Assembly: GCA_039028615.1 (NCBI GenBank)
Contig: JBCCHT010000026.1
Coordinates: 32,001-96,000, forward strand
Direction of reading: 5' to 3'
Length of the DNA stretch: 64,000 nucleotides
From: Myxococcota bacterium
Lineage (GTDB): Bacteria > Myxococcota_A > Polyangia > Nannocystales > Nannocystaceae
The notes under the pieces were generated by a model. It saw only the letters and a list, made by a program, of their open reading frames with translations, ran no database searches and was not told where the DNA came from. A program made the position numbers and the translations under genes. Shown in pieces: positions 36,833-46,121 of this stretch (within the stretch, counting starts at the first letter, position 1; every line of letters begins with the position of its first letter).

Positions 36833-37372
36833 ATGAAGTTGGTCGAGCAAGAGAAACCCTCTTTGTCGGCGGGGCCGCGAGCAGATTCCCACGTCATGCT
36901 CTCTGCCACGCCCGACCGCGCATTCGCGACGTGGAGGAGCGTGCTGTTCGTGGCGTGGCGGAAGGAAACCTCCGTCGAGGCCGTCGAAGAGGTCGGTCGC
37001 CACGCTCGAGAGCTCGGTCGCGCGTTCCCGGACGGCATCCTGCTCCTCATCAACGTCGAGGACTCGGCGCCTCCCCCTTCATCCAAGGCCCGCGGCGCGA
37101 TGGCCTCGATGCTGAAGGCCGCCACCGACGTCCGTGCTGCCGCCATCGTGCATCAGGGGCAGGGCTTCGGTGCTTCGATGGTGCGGATGGTCGTGCAGTC
37201 TCTCAACATGATCGCCAAGTACCCGTATCCCAGCCGCGTGTTCGGAACGAACCGGGCGGGAGCTGGCTGGCTCGTCGAGCAGGTGGATGCCGCGGGGATT
37301 CCCGAGCTGTTCTCCAAAGAGGAGCTCATCGCCGCGATCGAGGAGATCAAGAGCGCCTACGCGGTTCATTGA
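36833..37372 (+). CDS. Myxobacterial STAS/SEC14-like small protein
   Basis: W..V....W, PPP...R, A.V..G.GF.AS..R pattern. Codon bias supports coding. Confidence 0.6.
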   Translation: MKLVEQEKPSLSAGPRADSHVMLSATPDRAFATWRSVLFVAWRKETSVEAVEEVGRHARELGRAFPDGILLLINVEDSAPPPSSKARGAMASMLKAATDVRAAAIVHQGQGFGASMVRMVVQSLNMIAKYPYPSRVFGTNRAGAGWLVEQVDAAGIPELFSKEELIAAIEEIKSAYAVH

Positions 37373-37399
37373 GCCCACGAGGAGGGCCGTTTCTCCGGT

Positions 37400-37434
37400 T
37401 TGACAACTGTATACTGTATCTGTACAGTGTACAG
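37400..37434 (+). promoter_or_regulatory. Sigma70 promoter (TTGACA-N17-TACAGT) overlapped by a YtrA-type operator
   Basis: -35 at 37400-05, -10 at 37423-28. Inverted repeat CTGTATACTGTA-tctg-TACAGTGTACAG (11/12 match) at 37407-37434. Confidence 0.8.
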
Positions 37435-37436
37435 CG

Positions 37437-37826
37437 ATGCTGTCGATCGAAGTCGATCTCGACGGGGCTACGCCGATCTATCAGCAGATCGCCGACGGCA
37501 TCCGGGAGCTGATTGCTCGGGGGTCCCTGGGGGATGGGGCCATCTTGCCGAGCGTGCGAGCGCTGGGGCGGCAGGTGGGCGTCAACCTCAATACCGTGGC
37601 CCGGGCGTATCGAATTTTGGCCGAAGAGGGGCTCGTCGAGCTCCGGCAAGGGGCTCCGGCTCGCGTGGCCGCCGGGCCACGCGAACGCTCGGTCGATGGC
37701 GCGATACTCGATGACGATGCCCGCCGCAAGCTGTTCGACTTGTTCAGTCGCTGGATCTTGGATGGTGCGAGCAAGCGCCAGATCGAGCGCGTACTGAAGA
37801 CCGCCACCGCGGAGTACTTCCGCTGA
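37437..37826 (+). CDS. GntR family regulator, YtrA subfamily
   Basis: PIYQQI, LPSVRAL, VNLNTVARAY. Short C-terminal helix, 129 aa. Confidence 0.93.
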   Translation: MLSIEVDLDGATPIYQQIADGIRELIARGSLGDGAILPSVRALGRQVGVNLNTVARAYRILAEEGLVELRQGAPARVAAGPRERSVDGAILDDDARRKLFDLFSRWILDGASKRQIERVLKTATAEYFR

Positions 37827-37842
37827 GCGCCGAGGAACTGCC

Positions 37843-38859
37843 ATGGAACCTGGTCCGCAGCTCATGATGTTCGTGTCCGTGCTCAGCGCGGCCCTCACCA
37901 TTCATTTCATCGCCACGCCGCGGCCCGGCCGCTTCATGCTGGTGCGCGTCCCCGATGCCGATCGCCATCGAGCCCGAGCTCGTCGCGCCCTCGTGTTCAA
38001 CGGCATGGTCGCCGTCGCGGCGCTCCTCACCGTGTTCTTCGCGTCCGATCCGACCTGGCGCGCGCACGCGGTCGCGCTCGTGGCTGCGATCGTCGTGCCG
38101 TCGACGTGGATGGTGCTCGAGCTGCGGCGCGTACTTCGACAGTCGCCGCAGACGTCGGGCTCTTCGCGATACCGCGTGTCGCTCGAGTCCCCGCCGCCGA
38201 TCGCTTCCTATCTGTCGCCGACCTTGGTCGTGCTCGACCTCGCCGCCGTCGCGGTGCCTGCCGTCCTCTTGCAGGTCTACAACGGCGGTGAGTTCGGGCC
38301 CTGGTTCTTCTTCCTGCCCGTCATGCTGTTCATCTCCGCGGTGGTCGGCTTTTGCATCTGGCTGCAGGTGAGCCAGCGTAGGGCCTTGCCCGCGTCAGAC
38401 CCCGAGCGCTACGCACGGCTCGACGAACGGCGGCGGCGCGGCGTGGTGCGAATGCTCGAGTCGGCGCTCGTGTGCTGGAACCTCGCGGGGGGGCTGTTCT
38501 GGCTCAGCATCGCGATGGGCCATGCCGGGCCCGGCTACGCGGGGGCCGTGGTCGGTGTGCTCATCGGCGGCGCGGGCGTGCTCGTGGTCATCGTCAGGCA
38601 GCTCCCACGGTTGGCTCGGATCTCCGACGAACTCGCGACCCTGGCCGACGCAGATGCCCTGGGCACACGAGCGAACGGCTGGCGGTGGGGAGGCTTGGTC
38701 TACTACGCGCCGAATGACCCAGCCCTCGCCGTGCCGAAGCGGTCGGGGATCGGCCAGACGCTCAACCTGGCCCGGCCCTTGGCGTGGGCGTTCCTCGGTG
38801 GCCTGGTGCTCGCACCGACGATGATCACGGTGATGGCACTGACGCGAGCGCAGGGGTGA
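37843..38859 (+). CDS. DUF5808-domain integral membrane protein
   Basis: Several TM segments and C-terminal W..G.VYYAP.DP.L.VPKR.GIG.TLNLARP. Typical YtrA operon partner. Confidence 0.82.
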   Translation: MEPGPQLMMFVSVLSAALTIHFIATPRPGRFMLVRVPDADRHRARARRALVFNGMVAVAALLTVFFASDPTWRAHAVALVAAIVVPSTWMVLELRRVLRQSPQTSGSSRYRVSLESPPPIASYLSPTLVVLDLAAVAVPAVLLQVYNGGEFGPWFFFLPVMLFISAVVGFCIWLQVSQRRALPASDPERYARLDERRRRGVVRMLESALVCWNLAGGLFWLSIAMGHAGPGYAGAVVGVLIGGAGVLVVIVRQLPRLARISDELATLADADALGTRANGWRWGGLVYYAPNDPALAVPKRSGIGQTLNLARPLAWAFLGGLVLAPTMITVMALTRAQG

Positions 38860-39006
38860 AGCCCGAGTTGGAGAGGCGAAAGTTGACCGGCTGGCCTTCG
38901 CTTCTCATCGGCTCTACCAACGGAGGCGGTGGACTGACGAAAGAAACGAGAGCGTGCGCGCGTGCTAGACTGGCACTCACCGCCTTTGTCGAGGGTTACC
39001 CGAAAG

Positions 39007-39417
39007 ATGTCCACGCGCCGCCGGTTTCGTCGCAAGCCGGACACGGCGATTACCGCCGTTCCGCTCGAACTCGATACTCAGGGCTTTACGTACCAAAAAT
39101 GGGGCGGAGCCCAGCACTGCAAGCAAGGTGACTGGATCGTTCGTGCCGGTCACGAGGTTTACACGGTCGATCGAGAGACGTTTGCAAGGACGTACCGGGA
39201 GCTGAGCCCCGGCCGCTACGAGAAGGTGGGTTTCGTTTGGGCCGAACAGGCCAATACCGCGGGGTCCATCACCACAAAAGAGGGATTGACCGCGTACCAG
39301 GCCGGGGATTATCTCGTTTTCAACGATAAGGAAGGTGTCGATGGCTATGCGATGCCGGCCGAGAAGTTCCACCGCCTCTATCAGCCTGTTTTGACGGACA
39401 TGTCCGGGAGCAAGTGA
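39007..39417 (+). CDS. Small protein with two tandem PGDYG-like repeats
   Basis: Repeat 1: RRK...WGG...KQGDWIV...Y.VD..TF..TY. Repeat 2: EK...TKEG...AGDYLV...Y......F...Y. Stop overlaps the next gene's start (GTGATG). Confidence 0.72.
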   Translation: MSTRRRFRRKPDTAITAVPLELDTQGFTYQKWGGAQHCKQGDWIVRAGHEVYTVDRETFARTYRELSPGRYEKVGFVWAEQANTAGSITTKEGLTAYQAGDYLVFNDKEGVDGYAMPAEKFHRLYQPVLTDMSGSK

Positions 39418-41123
39418 TGTCCGCGAAGATTCCTACCTACTTCAGCCACAGTTATCGCCTGCGTGATCAGAACCTCAACAAGGAGCTGTGGTCTGTCTTC
39501 GCGAAGCATGGCTTTTTCTTCTCCGTTGACCCCCCGTCCAACATCACGGTGCACGCTCATCTCGAGCGGATGATGCGACAGAACAGCTGTTTCGTCGCGG
39601 TCGTGAATCGGCGGAACGAGGAGGCTGAAGTCTTTTGTTCACGGTTCGTGCTCTACGAAATGGGTCTTTCGTTGCAGGCTCGACTCCCGCGGCTGCTGCT
39701 GATCGATGGGGAGATTGGCTCGTCAGTATTCGACTCGCTGTCGAGTGAAGAGAAGGTGTTCTTCTCCCGAGGGAGCGATGGTCACGCGCAGTACGATCGG
39801 AGGGAACTCGAGAGGAAAGTCCTACGGCTCAAAGCGCGTGCCGAGCCCCTGACCTCACACACTGGTAAGCAAAGAGGCCCGATCGGGCTCTTGGTGCCTG
39901 AAACGAAGCGTAGTGCCGCCTACGGAGGTGCCTCCGTTCGCCGGAAGGTTGGCGAGGTCGCCCGACTGCACGGTTTCGTTTGCGAGGAGATTCCTGCTCC
40001 ATCTCGCGACAATGCCAGTTTTGCCATCGCGCTCGATCGATGTGAAGCCGTCGTTCTCGATGTTCGCGGAGACAAGACCCTACCTCCCTGGGTCTTTGCG
40101 TACATCCATGGGCGCTTAGTGCCCAGCATCAAGCTAGTTCGGTTGATGGAGGGGGAGCTGGCCTCCGATGTCGAACTTCCACCTGTGGTGAAGAGGCTCC
40201 GGATGGATCCCGATGAACCTACGGTTGAGAGCGTAACCTACTGGCGAGATTCATCAGACCTCATTCACCAGCTGGACCGAGCATTCGACAAGTTGGACGA
40301 ACATGCGACAGAACTGCGTCGGCCGAAGGAGGGACTGCGCTACTTCGATAGCATCGGGCGCCAGCCCGCGCGGGTATTCATCAGCAATGCCGGGGCCAAT
40401 AACGATACCGCTGCGAGACTATCTCGCCATCTTCGACTGAACAACATCGAGCGCTTTCAGTACAAAGACCGGGATGCAATTCCGACGGGAAGCAACTGGC
40501 AGGCCCAGATTCTCCACGAGTTGCGCGCGTGCCAGGTCTTCGTTGCGTTGATTGGACCCACCTACCGGGGCAGCGAGTGGTGCAGGAGAGAGTTCGAGAT
40601 TGCCCAGCAGCGGGCGAAGAGCGAAGAGCTTGTCATCCTGCCCTATCGACTCGGTGCGGCTGATGTCAGGTTCGCTGGAAAACTCCAAGCGCCCGACCTC
40701 CCCGCACGAGCCGCGGGTACACGCAAGATCATGAAGGACATCGATCGGGCTCTGAAGAGCGCGAGGCGGTCGAAGACACAGCGTCAACCGTACCTTCTTG
40801 GTGGGTCGAGGGAGCTTCTGGTCGATGCGTTGCGCCACATGCCGGCGGGTGCATGGAAGAAACTCCACGGTCAACTTCGAGTGGCTGGTGTCGATATCGC
40901 GCCTGCGCGATCGAAGAAGGTGCAGGCCCGGGGGGTAGCCGAGGAGGTCTTGTTCGCGGCGGAACGGGCGACTCTCACTGAAACTGCGGCCCGCCAGTCG
41001 CCGTCGGCCGTCGCCTACTTGATGGAGCAGCTCACCATTCTGGCGCCTAACCGGTACCGCAAGGTGCTCTCGAAGATTAGCAAGCGTCACCGACGGGGAG
41101 CCCGAAAGATCGAATCGATCTGA
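39417..41123 (+). CDS. Multi-TIR-domain protein (TIR-like, degenerate TIR-like, TIR_2, helical C-terminus)
   Basis: N-terminal YFSHSY...FVAVV...CSRFVLYE. C-terminal RVFISNA...W...VFVALIGPTY..SEWCRRE. Confidence 0.8.
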   Translation: MSAKIPTYFSHSYRLRDQNLNKELWSVFAKHGFFFSVDPPSNITVHAHLERMMRQNSCFVAVVNRRNEEAEVFCSRFVLYEMGLSLQARLPRLLLIDGEIGSSVFDSLSSEEKVFFSRGSDGHAQYDRRELERKVLRLKARAEPLTSHTGKQRGPIGLLVPETKRSAAYGGASVRRKVGEVARLHGFVCEEIPAPSRDNASFAIALDRCEAVVLDVRGDKTLPPWVFAYIHGRLVPSIKLVRLMEGELASDVELPPVVKRLRMDPDEPTVESVTYWRDSSDLIHQLDRAFDKLDEHATELRRPKEGLRYFDSIGRQPARVFISNAGANNDTAARLSRHLRLNNIERFQYKDRDAIPTGSNWQAQILHELRACQVFVALIGPTYRGSEWCRREFEIAQQRAKSEELVILPYRLGAADVRFAGKLQAPDLPARAAGTRKIMKDIDRALKSARRSKTQRQPYLLGGSRELLVDALRHMPAGAWKKLHGQLRVAGVDIAPARSKKVQARGVAEEVLFAAERATLTETAARQSPSAVAYLMEQLTILAPNRYRKVLSKISKRHRRGARKIESI

Positions 41124-41158
41124 CCTGGCTGAGGCTCGCGGGCGCTACAATCCACGCG

Positions 41159-42304
41159 GTGGTCTCTGACTACGATGGGTGGAAAGCCGAGGAAGCCTCG
41201 CCGGGCTATGTCCTCTCCCACTCGTACGTCGTCGATCAGATCTACCGAGACAGTACGGACCCGAAGACCAATCAGTTCTCGCGCTGGCTCGAGGTCAAGA
41301 ACTCGGGGGGGATTCGGCCTCGGACTGGGAACGACGGCACGCTTGTGGCCCTGGTTCTGGTGAGCACCCATGTTGCGGTTGCGACCTACAACCCTTGGGA
41401 AGATATCGTCGAGCCGCTTCAGGGCCGGGTTTGGTACTGGGGAGACGCGAAGGCGCACGCGTCCAAACGTCGAGATGACTGGCAGGGCAACCGCTACCTC
41501 GCTCAGATCTGGGAAGACATCAACGAAGGGCGTTGGTCGAAGGTTCCTCCCATCTTGCACTTTTCCAAGCCGGCGAAGGGGTTGGTTCGATTCACCGGGC
41601 TATGTGTGCTGACCGACTTACGTGATGCCTGGATGGAGGACAAGGGGATGCGGGTGCGTAACTACAACGCAACCCTCGACATCCTGCCCGTGGACAAGGT
41701 CCCCGTCGCATGGATTCGTGCCCGCAAACACGGCGTCGATATGAAGGTTCCTCCCGAGTGGGCTGCCTACGCGACGACGGGGAAGCACGAGCGGCTGCTG
41801 GCGTACGCCAAGCAGGTGCGAAGCCAACAAGAGCAGCTCCCCGAGGCTGCGTCCAGCCAACGCGCATTGCTCCACGACCTCAACCAGCTCGACCCGTTCA
41901 AGTTCGAGCGCCTGGTGGTTCGAGCGTTTCAGTCGATGGAGGTCAGCCACGACATTTCACAGACCCGCCGCTCGCGTGACGGCGGCTTCGACTTCCTCGG
42001 GTCGTTTCAGCTGCCTCCGCCTCTATCCTATCGGATTGCCATGAAAGGGGAGGTGAAACGCTACGATCCAGAGCGGCATGGCGTTGGGCCCAGAGATGTC
42101 GCTCGCCTCGTCGCTCGGTTGCAACGCGGAGAACATGGAGTCTTTGCGACCAACTCGTACTTCACTCGCCAGGCCCAGGCGGAAGTGCTCGAGGACCGAT
42201 ACCCCGTCGAGTTGATCCACGGGGGGCGATTGGCGGGGATGCTCGCGAAGGTCGGTGCGGTGAAGGGCGGGAAGCTCGACGATTCTTGGGTTCGCGGAGA
42301 GTGA
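41159..42304 (+). CDS. Modification-dependent restriction endonuclease, AspBHI/MspJI-like (SRA-like N-terminus + Mrr catalytic domain)
   Basis: NSGGIR, NPWED......YWGDAK, F.GL, then FE.LV, T..SRDGGFDF, GEVKRY, V.RLVARL, GVF.T.SYF..QAQ.E...D.YP. Confidence 0.87.
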   Translation: MVSDYDGWKAEEASPGYVLSHSYVVDQIYRDSTDPKTNQFSRWLEVKNSGGIRPRTGNDGTLVALVLVSTHVAVATYNPWEDIVEPLQGRVWYWGDAKAHASKRRDDWQGNRYLAQIWEDINEGRWSKVPPILHFSKPAKGLVRFTGLCVLTDLRDAWMEDKGMRVRNYNATLDILPVDKVPVAWIRARKHGVDMKVPPEWAAYATTGKHERLLAYAKQVRSQQEQLPEAASSQRALLHDLNQLDPFKFERLVVRAFQSMEVSHDISQTRRSRDGGFDFLGSFQLPPPLSYRIAMKGEVKRYDPERHGVGPRDVARLVARLQRGEHGVFATNSYFTRQAQAEVLEDRYPVELIHGGRLAGMLAKVGAVKGGKLDDSWVRGE

Positions 42305-42331
42305 CTCGAAGGCGACCGTCGCTGCGTCCCG

Positions 42332-45256
42332 TTACTCGGCCGTAGCGGTGCCACCACCTGGCGGAGGCGTCTCGCGAGCACGCATCTCATCTCGTGTAGG
42401 CACGGTGACTCGGTCGTTGTGAAAGAGCAGCGCGTTGGTCAGAAACCCGAGGTCGTGGTGATTCTGGTAGCGGTGCGCGGGGTTCCATGACAACACGATG
42501 ACCCGCCCCTTACCGACGGGCACGTCGAGGATGGCGGGCTTGCGCTCGATCGCTTTGGGCTTCTTGACGATGCCCGACAAGGTGAGCGGCGCGGGCTTGT
42601 CCTTCTTGGCTGCCTTCTCCGCGTCTTTGCTCGGCTCATCACCTGCGCTCGGGGGCTCGTCTTGGGCGGGCTCGGGGTCGATGTCGGCGGCCTTGTCGGC
42701 TTCCACGTCCGCTTGCGCCCAGGTCTTGGTGCCGTACTGCATGACGACCATGCCGCGGTCGAACTCCCGCACGTCGAACAGCGGGTGATTGCCGCGGAAG
42801 ACGTGGGTGACTTCGGGGTAGCCCCACGCGAGCGGATGCTCGGGGCGTAGGACCTTGGTGGTCAGGTGAGAGCCGGGGGACTGGGCGGCGTCGCTGCTGG
42901 AGACGGGGCGGGCGAGGCCGCCGTCGGCGACGAGGCGGCCGCCGCTGCCGAGGGTGACGACGGTGCCGCCGTCCTCGATGAAGCGCTGCAGGTTGCCGAG
43001 GCCCTCGAAACCCATGCCACCGGTGATGTCGTCGGAGCTGTCGATGACGCCGTGAGAGGGGAATTCGTCGGTACGGGTGTAGGGCATGGGGCCCCACTTG
43101 GGATCGATGCCGCCGACGATGTCGCGCAGTCGCATGCCGCCTTGGCTGGGTACGACGATGACATCGAAGCGATCGCTCAGTTTCCCCGCGCGCAGGTGGT
43201 CCTTGTTGATGAGCGTGAACGGGATGCCTTGGCTCTCGAAGGTGTGGCGGAGCCAGCCGGAGTCTTGGGTGTAGCGCCAGGTATGAAACACGGCGACGCG
43301 CGGGGGGTCGACCTCGAGCAGTGTCCCGCTGGGCGTCGCGGTCAGGGCCTTGACGTCCACCCGGAAGCGCTCGGCGAGGCTCTGGATGGCGTCGGCGGAG
43401 GCCCCCTCGATCACCAAGCTTCCCGCGGGGTGTCCCTGCCAGGGCTCGGTCAGGGCCCGGACGTCGACGGTGTCCTCGAGGGCGAAGCGGAGACCGGCGA
43501 GGCCGGTCTGGGCGACGTGGTCGATGATCCAGGCCTTGCCCTTGCCGTCGACTTCACCCGCGAGAGCGGGGACGGAGTCCATGGGGGTCAACGAAGCGGC
43601 GAGCACGGCGTCGTCTTTGACCGGCCGAACCTCGATCCCGAGCATGTAGTCGAGGCTCCACGCGACGTCGTCGTAGGGGGTGTATTGAGCGGTCTTGGGG
43701 AAGGGCTGGGCCAGCAGCAGGGTCTTGGCGAAGTTGCGATAGGGCTGGTCCATGCGCACGACGTAGTCGCCGGTCGCAACCTCCACGTCACCCCAGGTGG
43801 TGGCTGCGTTCGCCCGGTGAAGTTCGATGCGATGCTCGTTGAGCAGCCACAACAGCTGGTGCAGGGCTCCTTTGTCGCGTTGCTTCGCCGGAATGACGAA
43901 ACCGTACGGAGCCTCGGTCGAGCCCTTGTGCACCGCATTCGCGCCCTTTTGCCAGAAGTTGAACAGGAGGGTCTCGCCGTTGCGCGCGGCTAGCTGTAGC
44001 GAAGCGAGCACGGCGGTCTGCATGTAGTTGACGTTGTTGCGCAGGCTCCAGCGAAGGTCCTTTTCGGGGGGCCAGGCCCGGTACCACTGGCGAGAGTTGA
44101 TGCGACGGTCGGCGAAGCTGGACTGCCGCAGGTCTCGGTCGAAGGTGCCCGGGTTGGAGTTGCCGAAGGTCTCGTAGAATCGACCCACCGCGTTGTGGTT
44201 GTTGGTGACCCACAGGAGGTAGCCGGGATACCAGCCGGTATAAAAACCCCAGGTCCAGACGCCGCGGAGGCCGAGCTTGGTCGCCTGGCTGACCTCGTAG
44301 CTGGCGATCCACTGCCACTCGGTGACGGTGATGGGGTCGATCGCTTCGTTGTAGGGCCCGGTGCCGGTCGAGACGTACAGCAGCGGCACCGACTCGTGCA
44401 GATCGAGCGAGAGCACGGGGAGCAGGTCGTGGAAGGCCCCCACGTAGTTGCGGGTGAGCGGCTGACTGAGCTGCAGGCCGTCGCGGTTGTTGTCGTGGGC
44501 GGTGTAGTCGCCCCAGTAGGGCGCCATGCGGGGCGGGCTGTCCTCGAGGTCGGTCACGCCCGTCAGGTAGCGGCGATACCAGTCGACCATGCGAGCCCGG
44601 CCATCGGTCTCGAGCACGGGGGTGATGAGGGTGACGACGTTGTTGCGGATCTCCTCGATGTGGGGCTGGTCGCTCACCGCGAGCCGGTAGGCCAGCTCCA
44701 TGACCATCTCGGGAGGCCCGGTCTCGGGCGAGTGCAGGCCGGCGGTGAGCCAGTACATGGGTGGCGTGGACCGAGCGAGCTCGTGGGCTCGGGCTTCGTC
44801 GGTCTGGCGGGGATCGGCGAGCTCGTGGTTGGCGGCCTTGATCTCGTCCAGTCGCGCGAGCAGTGAGCGATCGGCGATGGCGGCGATGAGCATCTCGCGG
44901 CCGCCGTGGGACTTGCCGATGGACCACACCTGGACCCGATCGGACTTGGCCGCCAGCTCACGGAAGTAGGCGTGAATCTCGTCGGGGGAGGAGAGGTGGT
45001 CGGGCGCCCCGGTGACATGGCCGTTGAAGGCCAGCGGAGTGGGGACGCGACGCGAGGCCGGCAGGTGATCGACCCACGGCGTGGAGAACCCGTCCTCGGT
45101 GGTGTAGGCGCGGATCTTCGCGGTGCTCGTCTCGTCGAGCCGGTCGGGGCCCCGACGTTCGGCGCCCCGGGCCGTGCCGCACGCGACCGTCAGCAGCAGC
45201 GTCAGGGGCAAGAACATCAGCCACAGGCGACCCGTCACGCGGAGCGATCCGACCAT
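42332..45256 (-). CDS. M14 zinc carboxypeptidase family protein with C-terminal glutamine-amidotransferase-like domain
   Basis: GLHSPE, HDNNRD, DLHE. Signal/lipobox LTVAC. Start uncertain (45256 or 45217). Confidence 0.9.
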   Translation of the reverse strand: MVGSLRVTGRLWLMFLPLTLLLTVACGTARGAERRGPDRLDETSTAKIRAYTTEDGFSTPWVDHLPASRRVPTPLAFNGHVTGAPDHLSSPDEIHAYFRELAAKSDRVQVWSIGKSHGGREMLIAAIADRSLLARLDEIKAANHELADPRQTDEARAHELARSTPPMYWLTAGLHSPETGPPEMVMELAYRLAVSDQPHIEEIRNNVVTLITPVLETDGRARMVDWYRRYLTGVTDLEDSPPRMAPYWGDYTAHDNNRDGLQLSQPLTRNYVGAFHDLLPVLSLDLHESVPLLYVSTGTGPYNEAIDPITVTEWQWIASYEVSQATKLGLRGVWTWGFYTGWYPGYLLWVTNNHNAVGRFYETFGNSNPGTFDRDLRQSSFADRRINSRQWYRAWPPEKDLRWSLRNNVNYMQTAVLASLQLAARNGETLLFNFWQKGANAVHKGSTEAPYGFVIPAKQRDKGALHQLLWLLNEHRIELHRANAATTWGDVEVATGDYVVRMDQPYRNFAKTLLLAQPFPKTAQYTPYDDVAWSLDYMLGIEVRPVKDDAVLAASLTPMDSVPALAGEVDGKGKAWIIDHVAQTGLAGLRFALEDTVDVRALTEPWQGHPAGSLVIEGASADAIQSLAERFRVDVKALTATPSGTLLEVDPPRVAVFHTWRYTQDSGWLRHTFESQGIPFTLINKDHLRAGKLSDRFDVIVVPSQGGMRLRDIVGGIDPKWGPMPYTRTDEFPSHGVIDSSDDITGGMGFEGLGNLQRFIEDGGTVVTLGSGGRLVADGGLARPVSSSDAAQSPGSHLTTKVLRPEHPLAWGYPEVTHVFRGNHPLFDVREFDRGMVVMQYGTKTWAQADVEADKAADIDPEPAQDEPPSAGDEPSKDAEKAAKKDKPAPLTLSGIVKKPKAIERKPAILDVPVGKGRVIVLSWNPAHRYQNHHDLGFLTNALLFHNDRVTVPTRDEMRARETPPPGGGTATAE

Positions 45257-45361
45257 GGCAGCGGTGTAACGCGGGGATGCCTCGCTCGACAACCACGCGG
45301 CGACGGGTTGGGCAGTGGCGCCCCGCAGTTTGTCGGTGGCCGACCGGGTGCCGCGGGGGAA

Positions 45362-45889
45362 TCAGTCCCGCAGGATACTGAACATACCGTCGCGAACTTC
45401 GACGACGTCGCCCGTGGCCGCAGAGTGCCCGTCGAACCAGAAGGTGCCCTCGACGCGCTCGTCGGTGTTGAGGGTGATCTCCAGCAGGCCTTCGCCCGCC
45501 GGGTTCTGCAGCGTATCGACTCCGCTGATGACCCAGCTGAGCCTCACGGCTTCGGTATCGGAGAGGTCGATTTCTCCGGTCCCTTCGAGGTTGCGGATCA
45601 GCATGCTGACGCTGTCGCCGCCTTCGCGTACGCCGACGACGCTGGTCATGATGAAGCCCGGCACGCCGTTTTCCCACACGCGGTTGAACTGCGTATCGTC
45701 GACGGAGAGGAAGGGCTCGCCATCGACGGTCGCGATGAGCCACTCGTCTTGGGCGGGGGGCTCGGGAGCTTGTGTGCCGGTCTCGCCTTCACCGGGTTCA
45801 TCGACGGGGTCGCAGCCGAGTGGTGCGACGGCGACGAAGCTCGACAGCAGGAGGGGCAGGAAGTGGTGGCGAGGGCGTGGCGTGGGCAT
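45362..45889 (-). CDS. Hypothetical lipoprotein (beta-rich)
   Basis: Lipobox PLGC, ATVDG.F, EGTF.F...V.DG.F pattern. Confidence 0.7.
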   Translation of the reverse strand: MPTPRPRHHFLPLLLSSFVAVAPLGCDPVDEPGEGETGTQAPEPPAQDEWLIATVDGEPFLSVDDTQFNRVWENGVPGFIMTSVVGVREGGDSVSMLIRNLEGTGEIDLSDTEAVRLSWVISGVDTLQNPAGEGLLEITLNTDERVEGTFWFDGHSAATGDVVEVRDGMFSILRD

Positions 45890-46121
45890 GGTGGTGGTCG
45901 TCGTGCTCGATGAGACACACGTCACCCCGGGGCCCCTTGGCCGCGGGGAATGAACTCGGCGTCGTGATTCCGAAGACGGTGCTGCCCCGGCGAGCGTCAG
46001 AGATTTTTTTCGACTTTTCTCTTCGGCCCCGGCTCGAGCTCAGAAACTCGCGGAACCTCGGTCTGACCGATCGCGCGGGCCAACCGTCTTGTCGGACATG
46101 GCGATCGATTCGAACGCGAGC

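Noticed and set aside
38860..42331. Calling the defence locus a mobile element, or a Thoeris/CBASS system
   Set aside because: No integrase, transposase, tRNA or flanking direct repeats; no ThsA, SIR2/Macro, cyclase or SAVED partner is visible.
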